Positions 59,201 through 64,000 of a stretch of DNA of 64,000 nt are shown piece after piece. The stretch's first letter is position 1, and the number at the start of each line of letters is the position of its first letter. Location of the stretch: the IMG/VR virus record IMGVR_UViG_3300034418_008158, positions 10,245 through 74,244 of that record; one strand, written 5' to 3'. The notes below the pieces were generated by a model, which was given only the letters and a program-made list of their open reading frames with translations, ran no database searches and had not been told where the DNA came from. The DNA is from a virus. A program made the position numbers and the translations under genes.

Positions 59201-59656
59201 GAAAGTAAAACTGCTACACTTGCAGCTAAAATTGGTGGAGAACTTAGGTTGGCTACAGAATTTATAGCTAACAGTGATCCTAATCTAGCAGTAGGGCAAG
59301 TATTGAAAGTAAAAAATATAGTTACAGGAGAAGCAGAATGGGAAGCTGAATCTACAGCTTTAACAGTTCAAGCAGAACAGACTTTAGATTTTGTTGCTGT
59401 TGCTGGGAATCTTTATCCTATTAACACTAGTGCTGTTGGTGCAGTAGTAGCTGACCCACCTGTTACACCAACAGCAGGAGATGTTTTTGCTGTAGTAGAT
59501 TCAAGAGAAAATGCAGCAACAAATAGCATTACTATAGATTTTATAGCTGGTGGTGATAATCATTATGCAACTTCTCAAAATGCTATATTAGTAACAGATG
59601 GAATATATAAAGAGTTTGAATACATCAATGCAACTATAGGTTGGATTGCAAAATAA
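56231..59656 (+). CDS. tail spike with BNR/Asp-box sialidase-like propeller
   Basis: SHDGGETW, SDDGGATW, SFDDGLTW, SHDYGLTW Asp-boxes; DNLGNH and VDKEYVD fibre motifs. Confidence 0.8.
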   Translation: MAGFFPTNSVQDQILWLKKQLLCVKDCCDGNVEAITIINNTLISIENGMITYVTDLTDAEILALSGVDIQTFYQSTDTNTMYYVNQAGDPVVFHPDDLDISYFERRATIEFISEGITDVAGSYDDFRDTDLAAISRDYMNMPSIIQHNQTGLIYSIFRAGTNHSFFNDSYIIMRVSHDGGETWTDLANTAGTGNYDIILDGSGVGGWDANAIIVTPSGRLVIFTRYFNAGNTYVENQTYYSDDGGATWTQSPTPWALNSLGYVYGNETVEIPNGGILISYRDIQADRYIRVAESFDDGLTWTVRSTMLDNSDRGWNFGETVLQDYGGGRIVALTRFSSDNDDSEHYPFICVSHDYGLTWAGDHETLNFDDIQNGRYGSGFLKLEGVGVSLGGPIANTSCLPYCQRADYLGKQYMVIVYHIRELPNTGQLKVTIIDLDRWLTLGQDAIDPTLPVFILATSPEGLVYDVEGNHSFIVSGKYNFNRLIGITSAASGGSSSGPQQIHYYNYKGVKALIDTYEGIVAPLADNLGNHIMTQNLETSGFWICNDGDNEGIYVETNGDIGFGQGTPTEAVHLGAGKNILLDQGNLTLDDGQVSVTGSNTSVADYNLVDLTFTVAPSAAQSIIDENKILNSALTTSGANTIGVLRNYSNLTTLGHTGSVLGYNGVEQILYPTGVGSLLGQSSNFISDMYLEFAPIGWSAQVLNGFRSYMRFGAEGTIADANGLIVEMIHGIAGGFTGQNITGLRITNVDAGLSSGSWQNRYGILIEDTINDIGVAFEDFTIKSLNTKDSQFAGLLKYASDLSGSYDNRTLVDKEYVDTLGGSVASLYNISGALGVNTTLPDGGFDLNFTGTGNRAHTSATFVNTTTGASNSAVGTFGTTGAWKWGAGGFTDSVNAGFNIVNEETGITENVMSFLNSGASSIFNVKTTRLADNYINQITVNTSFITLSSDDGSNSASLIVDGLISPRIAGTITDGTDSGQFYVKPLEALLESKTATLAAKIGGELRLATEFIANSDPNLAVGQVLKVKNIVTGEAEWEAESTALTVQAEQTLDFVAVAGNLYPINTSAVGAVVADPPVTPTAGDVFAVVDSRENAATNSITIDFIAGGDNHYATSQNAILVTDGIYKEFEYINATIGWIAK

Positions 59657-59662
59657 TTAAAC

Positions 59663-60808
59663 ATGGCAGATAAATATTATGGAAATATAAATGAAGATAC
59701 TATTACTTCAGAATCAGACTTTCCTGCTCCTTCATTAGGAGTAATTACTTTAGACTCAAGTACAATTTATAAAATACAAGGGGATGTAGTAATAACTAAT
59801 AAAATTGATTGTAATGGGGCTACCTTATTAGGGAGAGATAGAACTCTTGACAAGATTACATCTACTCAAGCAGCTTCAGAAATTTTTACAGGAAATGGAC
59901 AAATTATAGCTAAAAATTTAACCTTCTCAATTACAGGGGCAGGCTCTAAACTTTTCAATCTTTTAGGTACAACAGGGTTTGAATATGTATTTATGCAAGA
60001 TTGTACTTTTACTTCTAATTCTTCACTAGGAACTATTGAAAATTATTATGCTGTTCAGTTTATAAATATTCCTAATCAAGCTCCAGCAGGGGGTTTAACT
60101 CTTACAGATATATTAAATATTTCTTTGAGATATTTTGATACTTCAGTTGGACATACAGCTAGTACTCTTTTAACTTTAACAGGTAATAGTAATTTAGTTC
60201 AAATCTTTGGTTGTGCTTTTGGAGTTGGGGGAGGTCAAACTGCAATTGATATTACTGGATTGACATTAGCAACTTATGGAGAAATATCTGCTGGTTCTGG
60301 ATTCTCAGGAGCAGGCACTTATGTTACTGGAACATTTTCAGCATTGTGGGATGTTATTGCAAGAGGTTTAAATAGAATTTCTGACTCAGAAGCAAGAGGA
60401 GCATGTTATGTTTCTTCTGCACTGGCTACTACTATTGGTACAATAAATGTTCCTGTAAAAGTAGCAGGAACTACCACACTAGCTAGTACATTAAGATTTA
60501 CAAATGGGGGGTCTTCAAATCGTTTACAATATACTGGATTAAAGACAGTAATTAAAAAAATATCTGCTGCCATATCTACAGTATCAGCAGCTAGTAATAA
60601 AGAATATACTTGGTCTATATTCAAAAATGGTTCATTAGTAGTTGGTTCAGGTATTAAAAGAAAGCAAGGGACAAGCACTGATGTAGGAGCTTTAGCATTA
60701 GATTTTTTGGTAAGCTTTGATACTAATGATTATGTAGAAGTTTGGGTTGCTAATAATACAGATACTACAGCAGTAACAGCACAAAATCTAGTATTAGTAG
60801 TTTCTTAA
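59663..60808 (+). CDS. tail fibre/spike-associated protein (beta-helix plus C1q/TNF-like C-terminus)
   Basis: Thr/Gly-rich; C-terminal NDYVEVWVAN. Confidence 0.6.
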   Translation: MADKYYGNINEDTITSESDFPAPSLGVITLDSSTIYKIQGDVVITNKIDCNGATLLGRDRTLDKITSTQAASEIFTGNGQIIAKNLTFSITGAGSKLFNLLGTTGFEYVFMQDCTFTSNSSLGTIENYYAVQFINIPNQAPAGGLTLTDILNISLRYFDTSVGHTASTLLTLTGNSNLVQIFGCAFGVGGGQTAIDITGLTLATYGEISAGSGFSGAGTYVTGTFSALWDVIARGLNRISDSEARGACYVSSALATTIGTINVPVKVAGTTTLASTLRFTNGGSSNRLQYTGLKTVIKKISAAISTVSAASNKEYTWSIFKNGSLVVGSGIKRKQGTSTDVGALALDFLVSFDTNDYVEVWVANNTDTTAVTAQNLVLVVS

Positions 60809-60873
60809 ATTAGGATCAAAGAATAAATTTTTATATATTTGTATTAAGTTTAAATCATCAAAATTAATTAATT

Positions 60874-61131
60874 ATGGAAAATGTAAATGAAAAACCTCAA
60901 GATATAACTGTAGAAGAGGAAGTTTTAAAATTACCTTTAAAATTGCACCAAGCACTTTTAGAATTAGCTTATCAAAAGGCTCAAGTAGAAAAAGAAATGA
61001 GAACTGTTGTGGAAACTTTTTTCTTAACTAAAAACTTGAATCCTCAAGAATATAGTATTGACCTAAAGGAAAATATTATTAAAAATGTGGCTAATCCTAA
61101 ACCCTCTAATGGAAGCAATATAGAACAATAA
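60874..61131 (+). CDS. hypothetical protein
   Basis: 85 aa; TATATTTG host-type element upstream. Confidence 0.55.
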   Translation: MENVNEKPQDITVEEEVLKLPLKLHQALLELAYQKAQVEKEMRTVVETFFLTKNLNPQEYSIDLKENIIKNVANPKPSNGSNIEQ

Positions 61132-61138
61132 AAGTATT

Positions 61139-61696
61139 ATGATGTTTCACATCTCATACATGACTAAATTTTTTGTAGCAAAGAATTCTCTAAAGTTGAG
61201 TTCTTTGCTACTTAGTTTTTCTTTAACTTTTATTCTGGAGTTAATCTCAGAACATGTTAAGTCTGAAGAATTGGGTATATCAATGATAGCCTTAGTAGGA
61301 CTATGTTTTATAAACTTGCTTTTATCTTCTGCTGATTTTGTAACAGGTGTTATAGCAGCTAGGGGGAGAAAAGAAATTATAACAAGTAAAAGGATCGGAA
61401 ATACTATAGGAAAGTATTTAGGTCTTATCTTATATCTAGTTCTTTCTATTTTCTTAGTTTTTATTTTAACAGCAAACTACTTTGTTCTTGCTCTTCTTTA
61501 TGGCCCATTAATACTAAACATCTTTAAAGAGTTTATAAGTATTGGGGAAAACTTAAAAGAAAGAAATGCACGTAAGCCATATATTTTTACTGTTATAGAT
61601 AAGGTCTTTGAAATAATGGAAAAGAAATTTTTTAAAGCCGTTGACAAAAAAGTTAATAGTGTAGATATAGATGATTACTTAAACAATAAAAATTAA
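61139..61696 (+). CDS. phage holin (family 4-like)
   Basis: ADFVTGVIAA, ITSKR, EFISIGENL; several TMs. Confidence 0.8.
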   Translation: MMFHISYMTKFFVAKNSLKLSSLLLSFSLTFILELISEHVKSEELGISMIALVGLCFINLLLSSADFVTGVIAARGRKEIITSKRIGNTIGKYLGLILYLVLSIFLVFILTANYFVLALLYGPLILNIFKEFISIGENLKERNARKPYIFTVIDKVFEIMEKKFFKAVDKKVNSVDIDDYLNNKN

Positions 61697-63021
61697 TGCG
61701 ATCACATAGAGATTTAATTGAGTATATTATCAAGAATGGTAAAGATACCGAATCTTGGTACGATTTAGGAAAGCAATTTAAGATACAACCACCAGATAAA
61801 GAAAGAGCAAAGCAAGATAAGAAATATAAAAAGAAGTCCATAGGCACAAAGGCTCAAGATATTTGGACAGCTTACTTAGAAAAGAAAAACAACTTAGAAC
61901 TTACTAAAGAGGTTTACATAGATGGTTCATTGAAATCTGAAACTTTTACTAAAACCAGTACTCCTATTGAACCTGATATTGACTATGATAAATATGAGAT
62001 AGAAAAGTTTACTACAAATCCAAATGGGAGTGGAGTACCTTGGTATAAGTTTAAGAAAAAAGAAGTCATGTATGATGACTCACACCTGGAGGATTTAAAA
62101 TCTATCCTCACTAAAACGATTACTCCCTTTGAGTATAAGTCTCCTGAAACTACAAGTCTTAAAACATTAGCTATCTATGGTTCAGATAAACACATAGGAG
62201 CTTTAACTAAAGACAACTCTGTTTATACTAATCTTTACACTAAAGAAGAAATTAAGAAAAGAATTATCCAATATACTATTGATGAAATAGAGCTTTGGAT
62301 TAGCTTCTTTGGGGCTTTTGATAAGTTACTTATCATGGAGCTAGGTGATGCACTTGATGGTTTTAATGCTAAAACTACTAGTGGGTTAAGGGGAACATCT
62401 TCACATGTATTGCCTCAACAGATGAATAATAGAGAACAGCATGATTTTTATGTAGAAGTCCATAAAGAACTTTTTGATATTATTATGTCTAAACAGTATG
62501 CTAAGACTATATATTTTCTTGCTACTAGTAATTCTAATCATGGTGGAGACTTTGAATATGGAGCTATGAGAAACTTGGAGACTTACTTAAATGTAAAGTA
62601 CCCTGCAATAAAAACCTTTGTAACTCATAAACCTTTTGATCACTTTATCTTTGGGAATCATTGTATTATATTTGGTCATGGTAAAGATGATGAGGATATG
62701 CTAAGAGGTCTTCCCCTAGTATTGAATGATAAAGTAGAGAAGTACATTACTGAGTATATTAGTCATAACAATTTAGATAAGTATAAGATTACTTTTGTTA
62801 CTGGTGATCTTCATCAATCAGCAAAAACTCATGGTAATAACTTTCGGTATAAGAAAGTATTATCTCAATATGGTAGTAGTAAATGGATGCACAGTAACTT
62901 TGGAGCTGGACAAGCTGGTTTAACATCAGAAGTTTTTCAAGATTTAGGAAGAATCTTTGAATCAGACTATTTCTTTAAAATAAACAATTTATCTAATACA
63001 GGTATTTCGTTTAAAGAATAA
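61696..63021 (+). CDS. calcineurin-like metallophosphoesterase
   Basis: DKHIG, GDALDG, SNHG, GHG, GDLH. Confidence 0.8.
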   Translation: MRSHRDLIEYIIKNGKDTESWYDLGKQFKIQPPDKERAKQDKKYKKKSIGTKAQDIWTAYLEKKNNLELTKEVYIDGSLKSETFTKTSTPIEPDIDYDKYEIEKFTTNPNGSGVPWYKFKKKEVMYDDSHLEDLKSILTKTITPFEYKSPETTSLKTLAIYGSDKHIGALTKDNSVYTNLYTKEEIKKRIIQYTIDEIELWISFFGAFDKLLIMELGDALDGFNAKTTSGLRGTSSHVLPQQMNNREQHDFYVEVHKELFDIIMSKQYAKTIYFLATSNSNHGGDFEYGAMRNLETYLNVKYPAIKTFVTHKPFDHFIFGNHCIIFGHGKDDEDMLRGLPLVLNDKVEKYITEYISHNNLDKYKITFVTGDLHQSAKTHGNNFRYKKVLSQYGSSKWMHSNFGAGQAGLTSEVFQDLGRIFESDYFFKINNLSNTGISFKE

Positions 63022-63038
63022 AATTTGTATCTTTGCAT

Positions 63039-63758
63039 ATGGAGCAGTCTGTAAATGAGATTAGGTATTTCTTTAAAGACTTATCTTTTGAAGAACAACA
63101 TCATGTGTATTACGTTAAAGGAGAACCTTTATCGAAATCTGTATCAAAACTTATTAAAGAATTTGTTACTTATACTGATTTCAAGAGTATTGCACTAGCT
63201 ATTGATAAGAGGGATAATTTGCCTCCAGGTACTACGAGTCTTTTTTGGAAAAAGAAGTCTGATGTAGCTTTGGCAATAGGAGATAAAGCTCACTTTTTTG
63301 GGGAAATGTATGCTTTCAATAGAAAGTTAACTCCTACATGTGGATATGAAAGAGCTATAGTAAAGTTCTGGAATGACTTACCTGATCATATAATCCCTGT
63401 ATTTACTGAGTTAAAGATGTGGCACAAACTTTATCTCTTTGGTGGAATGAAAGATATTACTTTTTATAACACTAAGACTAAGAAGTTTATAGTAGGGGAT
63501 TATAAAACAAATGCAGATTTATTTAAGAATCATAAAGGTAAAACTTTAAAGAAACCTTTTACAGACTTATTAGATAACGCTTTTAATCATTATCAAATTC
63601 AGTTAAGTTTTTATCAAATAATGTTTGAACAAACAGGGTATGAGATAGAAAGAAGAGTTTTAATACACATAAAATCTGATGGTACATATGATATGTATGA
63701 TACTGAAGATTTAACAAAACAACTAGACACTTTTTTAATCAATTATTATGGGACTTGA
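63039..63758 (+). CDS. PD-(D/E)xK (Cas4-like) nuclease
   Basis: F.E..H.Y, SVS, G...H, VGDYKTN, YQIQLSFY. Confidence 0.8.
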   Translation: MEQSVNEIRYFFKDLSFEEQHHVYYVKGEPLSKSVSKLIKEFVTYTDFKSIALAIDKRDNLPPGTTSLFWKKKSDVALAIGDKAHFFGEMYAFNRKLTPTCGYERAIVKFWNDLPDHIIPVFTELKMWHKLYLFGGMKDITFYNTKTKKFIVGDYKTNADLFKNHKGKTLKKPFTDLLDNAFNHYQIQLSFYQIMFEQTGYEIERRVLIHIKSDGTYDMYDTEDLTKQLDTFLINYYGT

Positions 63759-64000
63759 TAAAACAATCAACGAAAAAAATTATAAAAACGATAGATACCT
63801 TTTAGGATTAGTTGGTAACTTGACACGAAAAGATAATGACCTTCAAACACAGATTGATGCTTTAGGAGGTGGTGGAGGTTCTACAGAAATAATCAATGTA
63901 CTAGCTGATGCTGCTGTAGCAGGTGATGGAGTTACTGATGATAGCGCAGCTATATCAAATGTAATAGCAAGTAATCCTGGCAAAATAATATACTTTGAAA
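63748..64000 (+). CDS. N-terminus of a pectate-lyase-3-like tail spike (truncated)
   Basis: MGLDKTINE...AGDGVTDDSAAISNVI...IYF; runs off the window. Confidence 0.7.
   Translation, partial: MGLDKTINEKNYKNDRYLLGLVGNLTRKDNDLQTQIDALGGGGGSTEIINVLADAAVAGDGVTDDSAAISNVIASNPGKIIYFE

Noticed and set aside
1-64000. Stop-codon reassignment as in some crAss-like phages
   Set aside because: Core genes are full length in code 11, TAG and TGA terminate genes, and no suppressor tRNA is seen

Overview
AT-rich fragment of a Bacteroidota-infecting, crAss-like (Crassvirales-type) podophage genome, read in the standard genetic code. Layout: (i) 1-1560 (+) holds the 3' end of a large, probably virion, gene and two membrane genes; (ii) 1532-38420 (-) is the replication and nucleotide-metabolism block (class II RNR, GroES, UvrD/Dda/SF2/DnaB-like helicases, YqaJ exonuclease, rIIA/rIIB, macro domain, degenerate UNG, primase, SSB, PolA), followed by an accessory/early region of small genes, tRNA-Arg, a tmRNA and non-coding structured RNAs; (iii) 38833-64000 (+) is the structural block (HU/IHF-like, terminase, portal, scaffold, major capsid, tail ring proteins, several fibres/spikes including a BNR sialidase-like spike, holin). 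The most striking unannotated signal is an ORF-free, roughly 1.25-kb, minus-strand RNA (33190-34430) with GNRA-capped hairpins, crossing long-range helices and a four-copy hairpin module. It sits directly downstream of one of eight copies of a phage-specific promoter-like motif (TTCAAAACCCCCACTAATT). Other signals: a 504-nt tmRNA with a 33-residue tag flanked by further structured RNAs, a phage-encoded T9SS cargo protein, a hidden 44-aa QLSLF clamp-motif peptide, a block-permuted Sak4-like ATPase and a motif-degenerate UNG. All calls come from motif reading only; no database search or folding computation was run.
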